A DNA stretch of 64,000 bases. Source: Chiloscyllium plagiosum. Its lineage: Eukaryota. Below, piece after piece: positions 1 to 12,875 of this stretch. The notes under the pieces are model-generated. The model had not been told where the DNA came from. It was given only the letters and a program-made list of their open reading frames with translations, and searched no databases. The first letter of the stretch is position 1; every line of letters begins with the position of its first letter. A program made the position numbers and the translations under genes. The stretch spans positions 12,319,508 through 12,383,507 of the forward strand of contig NC_057751.1 of assembly GCF_004010195.1 (NCBI RefSeq), in the 5' to 3' direction.

Positions 1-14
1 AGTATGATGGTTCT

Positions 15-695
15 GTCAGCACCCCCAATTAACCCCACTATCCTCTGCTGTTATTTCATAGACCTGAAAATGTTTCCTCTTAAGGATTTCTCAATTTTAA
101 CTTATGTTAATATTGCATCTGTGAGCAGATGATAACAGCTCACTGCCAATTTTTATTTTCTCATGTCACCTCTGCTCTCTTGCCAATCTTGTTAAATCTG
201 TATCTGCTGTTTACCACCTTCTGCTCCTGGAAATAGCTCCTTGAAATGTACTCTGTCACAATCTTTCCTGATTTTTGAACACCCCTATCTATCTTCCCTT
301 AACCTCAAGGAGACCCATTGTGATTTCTGTTGTCTCTTCAGATAATCAGTCATTTATCTCCAGTGCGATTTGACTAAATCTCTTCTACATTTTTCTGAGC
401 ATCTTCCTAAAGTGTTCTGACCAGAATTAGCTACACCTCTCCAGATGAGGCATATGTAGAGTTTTATGAAGTTTGACTGTTTGTTTTGTACTTTGCACCT
501 GTATTTATAAAGCCTTGGATTCCATGTTTCCTTTTCACAACTCTCTGAATTTGTCCTGTCATCTTCGAAGACTTGTGTGCATGTCATCTTGATCTCTCTG
601 TTCCTGCTCATTCTTTCAAACTTTCTACTTCATTTCATTATCTTGCCAAAAGGAGTCACTTCACATTTCTTGCATTTGAATTTCATCTGTCACAA
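15..695 (-). mobile_element. Old degraded CR1 LINE 3' fragment
   Basis: Resembles the other minus-strand CR1 3' pieces in the window (e.g. ttaaatctgtatc...tttttgaacacccctatc...ccttaacct, cacatttcttgcatttgaatttcatctg); highly diverged. Confidence 0.5.
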
Positions 696-1232
696 CCCTA
701 CTAATAGCTCACCAGAGCACTTGCAGGAATGTGTTGGAATAGAATTTAGTGTTCCAATTACAGGGCTGGCTGAACAGGGTAGGCCAATGAACTAAGGAGA
801 GCAAACGAAGAATAAAATATGTGCCAAGGGAAATCGGTATTTTAAAATATTAAGCACAAATGATCATGGTCAACAAAAGGTAATGGAGTGTAAATTTAAA
901 TGCATGTAAAACGTGCATTAAATCTTAGTAAATTGTCAGTTAATTTGTGGCTATGTATGTTATTTACTCTGTAATTCACCCATTTCAGATTTCCATTACC
1001 GTTTGTTGAACTATGATTTCGTTCAATGGGAGATATTTTCATTTTTCATTTCCTACTGTCTAGTTTTAAATGATATTTCGAACCACAAAGTGATGGTGAC
1101 ATTTCTCTGCTCTTGATGAGATATCCAGAGCCAGTGCAAGAAAAAATGCACAGAAGTATACATAATACATTTTGTTCTTTGTTGTGGAAAAAAAGATAAT
1201 GCCAACAATGATGTCTCCCCATCTTTCTTTAG

Positions 1233-1331
1233 CTTCTATGATGGCTTTGACCTTTCCAGTTCAATTGATGGTTGACCAGTTACCAAGAAGGAGAATAACA
1301 GAGCAGTCTATCAATCAGGGCAATACATTTG
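1233..1331 (+). CDS. Candidate coding exon A (99 nt, phase 1-1) of an unidentified host gene, possibly an MFS-type membrane protein
   Basis: Polypyrimidine acceptor tctccccatctttctttAG (AG 1231-1232) and donor TTG|GTGAGT. Open frame (A)SMMALTFPVQLMVDQLPRRRITEQSINQGNTF, a hydrophobic stretch followed by a basic loop. Confidence 0.55.
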
Positions 1332-1730
1332 GTGAGTCATTTACGTATTTGTTTCTTTTTGTGGATATCTCTCTAGTTGTTTCCCGGGGCTCAGACTGTA
1401 GGCAAGGAGTCAAATTCTTCAAATAGTCAGGTCCTTGAGGCGGGGTGGGGGTGAATGAGACAAAATCGCATGGCTGATTATTATTGTACGTTACAGCATA
1501 AGAACAGACCCTGGAGTATTTTAAGCTCAATGCATAACTCCTTCTACCATAGTACCTCTCACCCATCTAGCAATAAATTTTTATTCCTTGCTCCCTCACG
1601 TACTTGTCTAACTTTCACTTTATATGCACCATTGATATTCAGCTTACTCCACTCTGTGTAGTGGTGAGTTCCACAGACCTTGTCTTCAGTCAATATAGTT
1701 CTTGTTGATTCCAGATTGGACATATTAGTG

Positions 1731-1866
1731 AAAAATCACACAACACCAGGTTATAGTCCAACAGGTTTATTTGGAAGCGCTAGCTTTCGGAGTGCTGTTC
1801 CTTCACCTGGTGTTGTGTGATTTTTAAGTTTGTTCACTCCAGTCCAACACTGGCACTTCCAAATCA
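1731..1866. mobile_element. Mini fold-back Penelope-like element (inverted pLTR pieces only)
   Basis: Perfect 20-bp inverted repeat aaaaatcacacaacaccagg (1731-1750) / cctggtgttgtgtgattttt (1806-1825). Matches the terminus of the PLE at 40360-40450. Putative TSD tggacatattagtg (1717-1730) / tgggtttattagtg (1867-1880). Confidence 0.8.
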
Positions 1867-2611
1867 TGGGTTTATTAGTGGTTGTCTTAGATATACGGCA
1901 GTTTATCTGTGACATCAAACCTCCTATAATAATCAGGAACTCAATAAAATCATCTCTGTCTTTGATTATCAAGAGGTAAGAGTCCCAGCCTGCTCATTCT
2001 TTAGTTTAAGCTCTGGAATCGTTTGGTAATTATTTCAATACTCTTCAATGCCTCTTTCTCCTTTGTGTCATACAGAGATCAATATGACGCACAATACTCA
2101 ATGTGTGGGCCAACTGATCTTTTAACATATCCTCTCAGCTAATGAATTGTGTCCCACTAGTAATGATTCATAGTGCTTTGATTGTACTTGTGTTGACTTG
2201 GTCATCGAGTGTTGTGATGAATTTGACTTTGAGAGGTCAGGAATGTTGGTATAAGATAATTAAATATTTTTCAGCCACCACATATCCTTGAGTGCTTTCT
2301 GATCAGGTGCAACACTCCATCCACCCATTGTGTTTCAGCTCAGCACCTGAAAGGCAGTTTTATTGTGCAGCTATGGTATTTTCTGTTTCCAAAGCCAGCC
2401 TTTCTTGTGCTTCCCATCAAGCTTGATTGCCACTTGCTTAATTGGTGGCAATTCTGTTCTGCCCATTTAGAATTGAATAGAGACAGTGATAGAGGGAAAG
2501 TCGGGACTCATTGAAATGCTGTTACATGTCTTCAACAATATCCCTGCGATGTGAAACTGCTGGTTCCCCATACCTTAAAGATCAAAATGGCTTGTAGCAA
2601 TTGTAATGAGG

Positions 2612-2716
2612 CAAAGGTAGGTACTGCAGATGCTGGCGATTACAGTCATCAGAGTAGTGCTGGAAAAGCACAGCAGATCAGGCAGCATCTCAGGAGCAGG
2701 AAAATCGACGTTTTGG
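2612..2716 (-). mobile_element. Penelope-like pLTR 3' fragment
   Basis: tgcagatgctgg...gtgctggaaaagcacagcagatcaggcagcatctcaggagcaggaaaatcgacgtttt is the reverse complement of the PLE tail at 58840-58938; truncated inside the hammerhead. Confidence 0.75.
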
Positions 2717-3182
2717 TAATGAGATCAGTCAACTGAAGCTCCAGGAGTCTGAGTTCCCTAATTGGATCAGATTATCTGCCCCAATCACTGGTAAGAACAG
2801 CAGTGCCAGAGATTATGACACTGTGGATGCTGACTCTGACAAAGCTGTGCCAGAGTCAACGACTTTCCACGTGTAAACAAAGGCTGACTTGGTGACGGGA
2901 TACTGGCCACTGTGAAGTTTTTCGGCTAATTTTCTTTGACTTTGTGAACACTACTGTCCATTGACGTAGAAGAATTTTTAACAAAGAAAATCAGGTTCAA
3001 AACAACAGAGGTTCTTTGCTGCTGAAATGGTCTAGATAAGGCTGCAGGGTGGGCCAATGAACACTGTTCCAGTGAAATCACTTTTCTTAACTGTCATTGT
3101 AAGCCATTGAGATGTCAAGGTTTTTGAAAGAGAGTTTTTCAGAGGCAGGAAAGTAAATCCCCAAGCCTAAGTACATTTTTTC

Positions 3183-3380
3183 TTTATTCATTCATGGGAT
3201 CTGGGTGTCACTGCCTGGATCATCCAATTATTGCTTACTTGCAGATGGCCTTGAGAAAACTGGTGGTGATGAGCTGCTTTCTTGAACTGCCGAAGTCCGT
3301 TCAGTCCAGCTGTCTCCCACAATGCTGTGAGAGAGTGTGTTGCAGGATTTCGACCCAGTGGCATTGAAAGCATGGTAATA
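3183..3380 (-). mobile_element. 3' end fragment of CR1-group LINE (family of 18960-20865)
   Basis: ORF 3188-3373 (..NGLRQFKKAAHHH..) and its tail match 61380-61550. Confidence 0.7.
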
Positions 3381-4043
3381 CCCCAAATATTGAATCAACC
3401 TGTGCCTCCTTTTGCATTTAGCACCTTCATACGAGAAAGGATAGATGAGACAGTCACAGAAGAAATAGTCAAAAGTCAACATTACCTCCATGCTTTATTG
3501 AAGTGGAATCTTTCTGTTTTAATCTCCAGTGTTAAATTTCCTTTAAGATATAGAAATTCCAGTAGCATGTGCTCTTTTATTGTGAAAATTGGTCAATGGG
3601 TACATGCTGCATTTTACATATTGTACTTTTCTGACTCCCCAATCCCCACCTATCTCTCCTTCCACCTCTGCAACCATGCAATGCAGACTTTGGCTTGGAT
3701 TGACCTTTAGAAATGGTGTGCTGAACCTCGATGTGGATGTGCTGCCATCAATTTTGACAGATGCAATTTCTGCTGATAGAGCAATGGCAGAATGGTGAAT
3801 CTTAAAAAAAGGATAAGTCAAAGGGCCATTTGAACTCCTCTCTGAGCTTTAACAGATCTGACATCCCCTTGCAATGGCTTTGACCTGGGCGGAGGCTGCC
3901 ATCTGGGAGCTTAAAAATGCATTGTGCTGGGCTACTTTGATTCACAGGCTATCTGGTATATGTTAGGACAAAGCTTTGCTGCCAGGTCATGCTGTTTCAA
4001 TAGAGTTGAAGTTGATATTTTCCTAAGGATTGCCGTTATGTTT

Positions 4044-4361
4044 GATTTAGATTTAGATTAGATTACAGTGTGGAAACAGGCCCTTCGGCCCAACAAGTCC
4101 ACACCGACCCGCCGAAGCGAAACCCACCCATACCCCTACATTTACCCCTTACCTAACACTATGGGCAATTTAATATGGCCAATTCACCTGACCCTGCACA
4201 TCTTTGGACTGTGGGAGGAAACCGGAGCACCCGGAGGAAACCCACGCAGACACGGGGAGAACGTGCAAACTCCACACAGTCAGTCGCCTGAGGCGGGAAT
4301 TGAACCCGGGTCTCTGGCGCTGTGAGGCAGCAGTGCTAACCACTGTGCCACCGTGTCGCCC
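4044..4361 (-). mobile_element. HE1-type tRNA-derived SINE, full length, young
   Basis: Minus strand GGGCGACACGGTGGCACAGTGGTTAGCACTGCTGCCTCACAGCGCCAGAGACCCGGGTTCAATTCC (A and B boxes), central TGTGTGGAGTTTGCACGTTCTCCCCGTGTCTGCGTGGGTTTCCTCCGGGTGCTCCGGTTTCCTCCCACAG, (TAATC)n tail. Possible TSD atgtttga/atgtatga. Confidence 0.9.
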
Positions 4362-4465
4362 ACAATGTATGAAGCTATGTTAGTTGGCACAGTATCATTT
4401 GTCTCCGAGTCCGTTCTGCGTTCACAGTTTGATCAATAGTTTTAGAATTATATTAAAGGATTAAT

Positions 4466-4767
4466 TAGGTTAGATTACTTAGTGTGGAAACAGGCCCTTC
4501 AGCCCAACAAGTCCACACCGACCCGCCGAAGCACAACCCACCCAGACCCATTCCCCTACACTTACCCCTGCCCCTAACACTACAGGCAATTTAGCATGGC
4601 CAATTCACCTAACCTGCCCATTTTTGGACTGTGGGAGGAAACCGGAGCACCCGGAGGAAACCCAATCAGACACAGAATGTGCAAACTCCACACCTGAGGC
4701 GGGAATTGAACCCGGGTCTCTGGTGCTGTGAGGCAGCAGGGCTAACCACTGTGCCACCGTGCCGCCC
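4466..4767 (-). mobile_element. HE1-type SINE with small internal deletions
   Basis: Closely similar to 4044-4361, same orientation, ~100 bp downstream. Confidence 0.9.
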
Positions 4768-4994
4768 ACATAGATTAAGTGGAAACATGTCTTTGTGGGA
4801 GATCAGGCATTTGAGATTTAAAGGCAGTGAATAGTCCTTGAGCAGGACTGATTTTTGCACGACCAAGCATGCTGATGTGAGAAATACTGGACAGTTTTTT
4901 TTTCTTCTTCCCAATCTGATCCTGAGATGTGAAATGATACTTCCAAATTTGCAGTGAAGGCTTCCTTCAACATCAAGAAGTGTATACTGGAATT

Positions 4995-5095
4995 GCACCT
5001 CATTAGCAATGCCATATCTGTGTGCACATTTGACTTTGCTAGCCTATTCACTAATGTACCTCTCTGGGAAGTTGTGGACATTGACAGCACATCAT
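4995..5095 (+). mobile_element. Penelope-like reverse transcriptase fragment
   Basis: Translates VCTFDFASLFTNVPLWEVVDI, matching the PLE RT D-x-x-SLFTNVP motif. Confidence 0.6.
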
Positions 5096-8000
5096 GGTTT
5101 AGTGACAATGGAGGTGGCATGGTGTGTGAGCAAATGTGTAATTGGCATGGTCAAGAGCTTAAATATCGGAATGAGGGACCGTTGGATAGAGGGCAAGAGT
5201 TGGTACGGAGAGGGCATGAGGATGAAGAGATATGGGAAGTGAACAGTTTCTGGAACAACTGTGCGAAGTCCCAAGAGGTCAGACTTCTGACCACCAATAT
5301 TGACATTCACCGGCCCCATGGCTGCTGAAAATCTGCTTACAAGACCTGTGGATCTGACTCAGACTTGCCCCAGCTTTCTCCCGTGCAAAGATTACAACTC
5401 ACATGCTCCTTAAACTGAAGCCTGAGTCATGTCACCTTGCTCAGTAGTAAAAATCGTCCTCTTGATTTTAACAGCAAAGGTAAAACTTTGCACTTATGGT
5501 GCCTTCATGTTGACAAAAACAAGCACTATTCAAGTTTAAAAGAAAAGCTCATTATAAAAGGTTTCTATTTAAATATTTATATGGAAGAAGAGAAGAAATG
5601 GACTATATTTTGAAATTTAATAAAAATTACTATTGTTTCTGGCAATATCATATCAATTCAGAATAATAGTTTTGAAAGACAGGGATTGTGTAATGGAACA
5701 GAGCAGTATACATTTGCATTACTTGCCATTCTTTCAGTATTTTATTTGTCCATTTTCTTTTTCAAATATTGTACACTTACCAGAAAATTTAAATAATGCG
5801 ATCTATGCAACATTTCTTGACTGTTAAATATATCTGCGGTATCTGAATAAAACATGGGAAGTCTCTTTTCTTTAGTAGCAATTTTAGAGATGGCATCTGC
5901 AACTTCTTACAGATACAGATTAATATCCTAATTTCCTTTTAGTTTGAAATGCCATAAAACTGTGGAAAAGGTAATGGTAATTTTTCAGGAGAATATCAAT
6001 GACGAGATTTCAACTTTGGCCTTAAACATCAGTACTGTTGCACAGGACTTGTGATTGGGGTTTGTTTTCTGCCAAAGAAACTCAGTGGTATTGTGGCAAA
6101 TGTGGATCACCATGAATTACTGCATGTGCACAGCATTGAGCAAACCGAGGCTATAAAACACCTTTTTTTTTTGATCCAGAGCAGGAAAAAGCTGTTATTA
6201 ATAGATGACTATCAGTGTTACAGCATCAAATGTTTTGATGTAATGCAGCAGGTACAGCAATGTTCTGTGCAACAAGATGGTTGAGTGTGAGTTTGTCTAA
6301 CTCGGCTGGTTAGGACTCCACAGTCTGATCAGAGTGTGATGCTAAAATGCTGAGCAAGGGAAGGATGGATTATGAAAGGTCATCCTTGTATACTTGTTGG
6401 CATGTCGTTACGGAGTGATTTGTCAAAGACCTGGAAGCCTGATGTATGGTTTGAAAGATCATTGAAACAGATCATTCGAAAACCTTGAGCAGAAATGCGA
6501 GGAAAAATGCTTTCCAGGACAGCCATTGTTATAGATGGCTGTCCTGGACAGGGGTGATCCTATTTCTGCTGTGTTCAGAACAGCATTAATTCCTCCATGT
6601 TGAGTTATTTCACTGACCTTTGAATTAATGAGGCAAATAATTCTTCAGTTCATTTAATAATTGACACTTAACACTCTGATATATATTTTAATCACAGGTG
6701 TAATATTGTACCTCGTTGGCTTTGCAGCACTGAAATTAATTCGGCCATAAGTTTCATGGAGAAATTTGTTTTAAATTGATTAATGGTGTTCTTAGACTGG
6801 AAGGCAGGGGCACCTCATGAGTATATGTTTATGACCCATATTAAATAGGGTGGGTTCAACCCATTTGTAATCGGCCAGAAATTTGCAGCAGTGGCATTGC
6901 TACATCATTGCTCACTGGTCATTATTTGAGCTGAAAGCTTAAATTAGCACTAAAAGTAAATCAAAACTGCCTAAAAGCTTCTGTGAAGTTCACAGCATAC
7001 ATTGTGAAAGACAGGTATCCTTAAGTAAGATTGTTATGAAACTGATGCAATGATAAAGCATATCCATAGTGCTTACTGACCGTGTAAACATTAATCAGAT
7101 TTTTAAAATCAGCTTAATCGAACATATTATGGCACGCCGTCATAACAGGTGAGACTCTACCTCAGCAGCACTGTATCAGCAGAGTTGTCTTGATTAGATT
7201 TTTACCTTGCATGTAAATCTATTGTCTTTGATCTGAGCAACGCCTTAGATACAGCACAATGCGAATAAAAGGGGTACTAACCCTGATAAAAATTTAAATT
7301 ATATCGATTGAACCCTTAATTTTGAAAGTAAAAGTTGTGATTTCCTCTAAATTTATTTTTGTAAATTGCTGCTAGCTGAAAATAACTAGAATAAACTGAT
7401 GTGTTTGGGGCTTTCCAAAAGTTTGAAATTATAAGCGGCTTCATCACAACAGCTATTGCTACAAACCAATTGCTATTTCTTTCCCTTAATGTAGTGGTTA
7501 GATATCCAAGTTAACATACCAAGTGTTATCAAGATGCTCTTTGTTATACTATATGTGAAGTTATTCAAGTTTTTCCAGCATGTTGTTTTGAGCTAGTAAG
7601 TAGATACAATATTGCAATATAATTTAGTCTTTGGATCACATCCATTTCAAATCTAATATGAAATCCTTAATTATTTTTACAAAAGCGCAGATAGAGGTGA
7701 CAAGACTACAGCTGCTCACTTGGGGATGACCAGGCATTGACAATAATCCCACCCCTGACTTGGGGAAATATCTAATATGTTCTTTTTTCTTTTCCTTACC
7801 TTCTCCCCTTGTCATTATTTTCTTACTTTTTGTAGCACAGCAGCTTATTTATTAGATTTCATATGGGTCCTTTAACTAAGACGCCACTATTCTCATGCTT
7901 TGGTATTTATTGATTTCATCCAAACTTTACATGTAGATTAAATAATGCTTTGAATTTGATGCAGCAACAATCCTGATCTGAATTTCAGTGAAAAGAACCA

Positions 8001-10761
8001 ATTAATCAAATTTCCATTAATTGATTCTTAGAAGCAATGCAACATACTAGAATGATAGGGTGTATCAGAGTTTTTTGCTGCTACTCTGCCAGTGGCTTTC
8101 TGAATCAACTACAACAAATTGCTTGTCACATCTGTCCAGGAGCTTGATGTGCAGCATACTCTGTATTTTCTAGTTTTGTATGTGGATCTCATGCACAGTG
8201 ATGTCGCAGCTGCCAATTCCATCAAATCATTCAGTCACGTTCTTGTTTTCCAACTTGCTGATCTATTCCCATCATTCTTGTGCTCATAATAACACAGATG
8301 CCTCTCTTCTGGCTCCTGAACATCATGCTCCCAGTATGTCATTTTCCCATCATTATCTGTCTTATTGCTTTTCTCCTTCAGCTTGCTGAAGGACAGTCTC
8401 ATTTGGTGGTGTTGTCCAATTCATTTTTAGTGTGGTGCAATAATTCAAAAAGGAACCAATTCTTGCTACTTTAATATGTCCACTCTCCCCTCTCAATTCA
8501 CAGACTTCCTACTTGTTTATCACCAGGTTAATTGTGTAGTTTCTCGTAAGGTTGATACATGCTGTTTTTATGCCTTTCTGTCCTCATTTACCTTCTTCAA
8601 TGTTTGACGAAACAAACATTTTATCTGTCTGTCAAATTTGAATATTCGGTGATGGCTTTGGAGGTTTCTTTCTTTTTGACTATCATTTTGAATTTGGAAT
8701 TTTGGAATTTGGAATCTGGTGACACCCTGCAATTAATTGCCAACACAGATTAATTGTCGACTCTGGACATGAGGTCCATGTTCACGTTCCATCTGCCCAG
8801 AAGGTGTGTCATAGTGTGTCTGAACATGATGATTAAAAATAATCTTTTTAACCTTCAGTGACTTCTATTCAATAGTGTGAAAAGGTAATAAATCAGCTAC
8901 CTTATGGTGATTACCTGATGAACATATGGGCTGAATTATTACTGACTTTTTTTGTTTTACTGAAAATGCCTTTTGATTTCCAAATATTGCTTCCAAATTC
9001 CCAACTGCATGGAAACCCTGTTATAAAAAAAATGGCAGTAGTGGCTAGGTCAGAATCAACACGCACTCTTTTTTGTTTTGAATTTTCAAAGCATGAAGTG
9101 AAAGATCATCAAGAGGAGCTAATTTCACCTGCTCCCCCCAGCCAAAAAATGCACTATCAGAGTTTTGTATGATTGTGTAGCTCAGTTGAACTTGAAGTAT
9201 TGTTTTGCTGTATCTGAATTTCTGAGCACAGATATGAAAATAAAATGATGGGCTTACAAATATTTCGGAGAGAAAAGTGGTGGTCATTCCCTTTGGCAAA
9301 GAAAGAGGAGGGTGTGGTAGTTAATGAGCATGCTTGGAAGATTCATAATCATAAGTCAAGCATTCAAACTTCATCGTAAAGGAAAAGTCCTTTTAAAATC
9401 CAAAGACTCCACTCAAAAAGAAGCTGTTTTGCATGTCATACATGATGACAATTAATACACTCAGGTTAACAGTCAAGATCAGTTCAATTTGTAACATTAC
9501 TTCACATATGGATAGTATCATGCCACAACTAAAATTAATTCTAGAGTGGTTGTAGTGACGTTGCTGTCAAATGACCTACTGCAATTCAGAGAGGATGGAA
9601 ATATTTGACAGAACCTCTTGTTGGTTTGATATGTTTGCATGAGCCATGGTTTGACTTGTACACATCATTTGCAGCTTGGAGATCTCTGGTCTTTCAACTG
9701 GGAGGATGCCTGCGTTTAACACCAGTGAAAACATACTTTTGGGATGAGCTTATCTTTTTGGTTCAGGATTGTGGTTATAACAATTAAAAGGCCATATTGT
9801 ATGAACTTCTTCAGAGGGAACTGGTATAAGGCATAAATAAGTTAATTATTTCTTGAAAAGTTCATTATTTGGCTTTGTAATAAGGGTATCTGTGATGCTT
9901 TGTTCATAAATGCATATCAATTATATTGTGTAATCTTCCATGAAACTTGTGAAGCATTGGTCCAGTTTTTTTTCCCTGTGTAAGTAGTAGTCAGGCTCCT
10001 GATTGCTATTCTTGATGAGCCAGAGTAACTGCAACTTTGGGCAGGCGACAGATGTTCAGTTGAACTAAAATTCCCAGATATTGTCTCTGCACCACTCTGA
10101 GCTTTGCAAAAATGTTATCTTTCAGGCTGGCCCATGTTGAGATTCATTAACTGGTGTGAAGTTCTCTTATCTGCTCTGCAGAATGTTAATCGTGTCCATT
10201 TCATTCTAAGTCACTTTTAACCATGTACTAAGTGTTAATAACTGTCAAATACCATCTCCAACAGTAGCAATTAGCTGTAAAGAATATAAATATACATCTA
10301 TCTTATTCCTTCGGGTTTTAATGATTGCAGTTTTTAAACAAATTCACATTAAAATTCATTTTCTTTACCTTTCTACTCCCCTTTCTCTCGATTCTGTTTA
10401 TTTGAGCACTTCCATATGGCACTGAATTCAGTTGCTTGAAATGTTTATATTTGATTTCATCCCTGTGCTGTTGCTTTCACCATCCTTCAATCTGACTGGT
10501 TACAGAGATGCACAGTTACTGGCCTTGTTGACTCGTGCCCCAGATGTCCATTTTTCATTCCTGTAAAAATTCCCAGTTGCACTTTGTGTGTTCTACACAG
10601 CAATGCTAAAATCCAAAATGTACAAAGGCAAGGTCAAGTTCAGTGCTTCACAATGCATTTTGGCCTAATTGCTTTCTTCCCATTTTTTTCATACCTTATT
10701 CTTGCACAATGGCTGAAGCTATGGTTTAGTATGAGCTCACAAGACTGGAGGTATTGATGCC

Positions 10762-11233
10762 AAGTTCTGGATTAGTGGTGCTGGAAGAGCACAGCAGTTC
10801 AGGCAGCATCCAAGGAGCTTCGAANNNNNNNNNNNNNNNNNNNNNNNNNNNNNNTGAGCTGGAAGTTTAGAACTAGGGTGAGGTGGGGGATGGGGAAATG
10901 AGGAAACTGTTGAAGTCCATATTGATGCCCAGGGGTTGAAGTGTTCCGAGGCAGAAGATGAGGCGTTCTTCCTCCAGACGTCTGGTGGTGAGGGAGCAGC
11001 GGTGAAGGAGGCCAGGACCTCCATGTCCTTGGCAGAGTGGGAGGGGGAGTTGAAATGTTGGGCCACAGGGCGGTGTGGTTGATTGGTGCGGGTGTCCCGG
11101 AGATGTTCCCCAAAGCGCTCTGCTAGGAGGCGTCCAGTCTCCCCAATGTAGAGGAGACCGCATCGGGAGCAACGGATACAATAAATGATATTAGTGGATG
11201 TGCAAGTAAAATTTTGATGGATGTGGAAGGCTC
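10762..11233 (-). mobile_element. Penelope-like element 3' part: GIY-YIG endonuclease plus pLTR tail, interrupted by assembly gap
   Basis: Minus frames give IYCIRCSRCGLLYIGETGRLLAERFGEHL...VAQHFNSPSHSAKDM and GLLHRCSLTTRRLEEERLIFCLGTLQPLGINMDF (frameshifted); tail gtgctggaagagcacagcagttcaggcagcatcc. Confidence 0.9.
10825..10854. other. Assembly gap (30 N)
   Basis: Run of n inside a PLE. Confidence 1.
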
Positions 11234-11610
11234 CAAGGTCAATCCATTATTGCTTATTTCCCTTTTCTTACGAGGTGTTGACATTGCGTTATCATACCCC
11301 AAACATTTTCTGAAATGTGAAGATCATGGGTCTAGGAGTCTTGGACTTGGGTTTGAGTGTGATCTGCAGAATGTGCTGTGAGTGTCACTGTCAGTTGAGT
11401 ACGCGATCCCTTTGCGCATTGCATTATTGATACAAGGTAGTGCAAGCGCCATAAACCTGGCAAGTTGATGTGTCTGTTTTTCTCTGTCATAATCACTTGT
11501 ATTTCACTTCTCTGTCAATACAACATTTTTCTTTACGTGATGGTTTCCAGTCTCAAATCTATTCCATTCCAATAATTGATCATGATTGGGCAGGGTAGTG
11601 ACGTTCAGTG

Positions 11611-12203
11611 GAGAAAGTGAGGACTATAGATGCTGGAGATCAGTGTCAACAAGAGTGGTGCTGGAAAAGCACAGCTGGTCAGGCAGCATCTGAGGAGCAG
11701 GAGAATCAACGTTTCGAGCATAAGCTCTTATCAGGAGTGGGGGGCAGGCCCCAAGGGGGCTGAGAGATAAATGGCAGGGAGGTGGGGCTGGAGAGATGAT
11801 AGCTAAGGATGTGATAGGTTGGGGTGGAGCGGATAGGTGGGAAAGAAGATGGACAGGTCAAGAGGGCGGGGACAAGTTGGAAGGTTAGATCTGGGGATAA
11901 GGTGGGGTAAGGATAGATATGGAAATTAGTGAAATTTATTTTGATTCTGTGTAGTTGGAGGGTCCCAAGGCGGAAGATGAGGCTTTCTTCCTCCAGTTGT
12001 CAGGTGGCTCGGATTTGGCAGTAGAGGAGGTCCAGGACTTGCACATCCATGGCCCCAACCCCCTCCCATTTATCTCTCAGCCCTTCCTCCCCCACCCCCC
12101 CACCCATCCCCATTGCTGATAAAGGATTTATGCTTGAAACGTAGACTCTCTTCCTTGGGTGCTGCCTGACCGGCTGTGCTTTTCCAGCGCCACACTTCTC
12201 AAC
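11611..12203 (-). mobile_element. Penelope-like element with inverted 5' pLTR (fold-back)
   Basis: Minus arm 11611-12052 (tail, hammerhead remnant, GIY-YIG C-terminus) abuts a plus arm 12053-12203 repeating the same pLTR (ctgataaagg...gaaacgtagactc...gctgcctgaccggctgtgcttttccagcgccacac). Confidence 0.85.
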
Positions 12204-12834
12204 AGCAATTTTTCAGTATCCGAACCTGTGGTCAATCAACTTCCACGTGGTAGTGAACAATAATGTCTGAGGATGAACATTTCAGTGCCAAAATGAAGCA
12301 TTTGAGAATGTAAGGAATTTAACCCCTGAGCATGTGCTCTGCCATGGGGACAAACACTAGCATTATTTAGATAGAATCAAACAGCTCATTGGCCCTGTTC
12401 CAGCTCTCAAAGATGTGTCCAATTATTCTCACTTCCCTAACCAATGCTTTGGTTCTGAGAAGTATTCCTTGTCAAGTGTATATCTAATTTCCTTTAAAAA
12501 TTGCAATTGAATCCATTTCCATCATAATTTCAAGCAGTTCTGTCTGAATTGTAACAACTTACTGTGGAAAAACATTGCTCCTCATCTCTGCTGTTTGTTT
12601 TTGTTTTTGCAATTATTTTAAACCCTTATCCTCTGGTTACTGATCCTCCTGACAGCGAGAACAGTTTTTCGCAACTCATGGTATCTACATGGTTTGTAAT
12701 TTTGAGTATATCCATTAAATTTTGACATTGCTGTCCTCAGAGTCAGAAAGGCGATGTTGCTTCACTCCTCTCTCTCCAAAAATGTAAATCTCCTCACCCT
12801 AATAGCATTTGGCATGCTACATCAAGACCCTATT

Positions 12835-12875
12835 GCTGCATTGCTCATTGTGAGCTGCATTGCTCATTGTGAGCT
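12835..12875. repeat. Perfect 19-bp tandem duplication gctgcattgctcattgtga x2
   Basis: Directly visible. Confidence 0.95.

Noticed and set aside
2717..2925. Possible LTR/DIRS-like repeat fragment
   Set aside because: Looks repeat-like, but I found no termini, TSD or second copy in the window to support a call.
4290..4361. tRNA gene-like A/B boxes (also 28905, 34100, 55880, 59938)
   Set aside because: They continue into SINE bodies and do not form a full cloverleaf; they are SINE heads, not tRNA genes.
6698..6750. Acceptor followed by hydrophobic GVILYLVGFAALKLIRP
   Set aside because: Runs into a stop with no convincing donor site.
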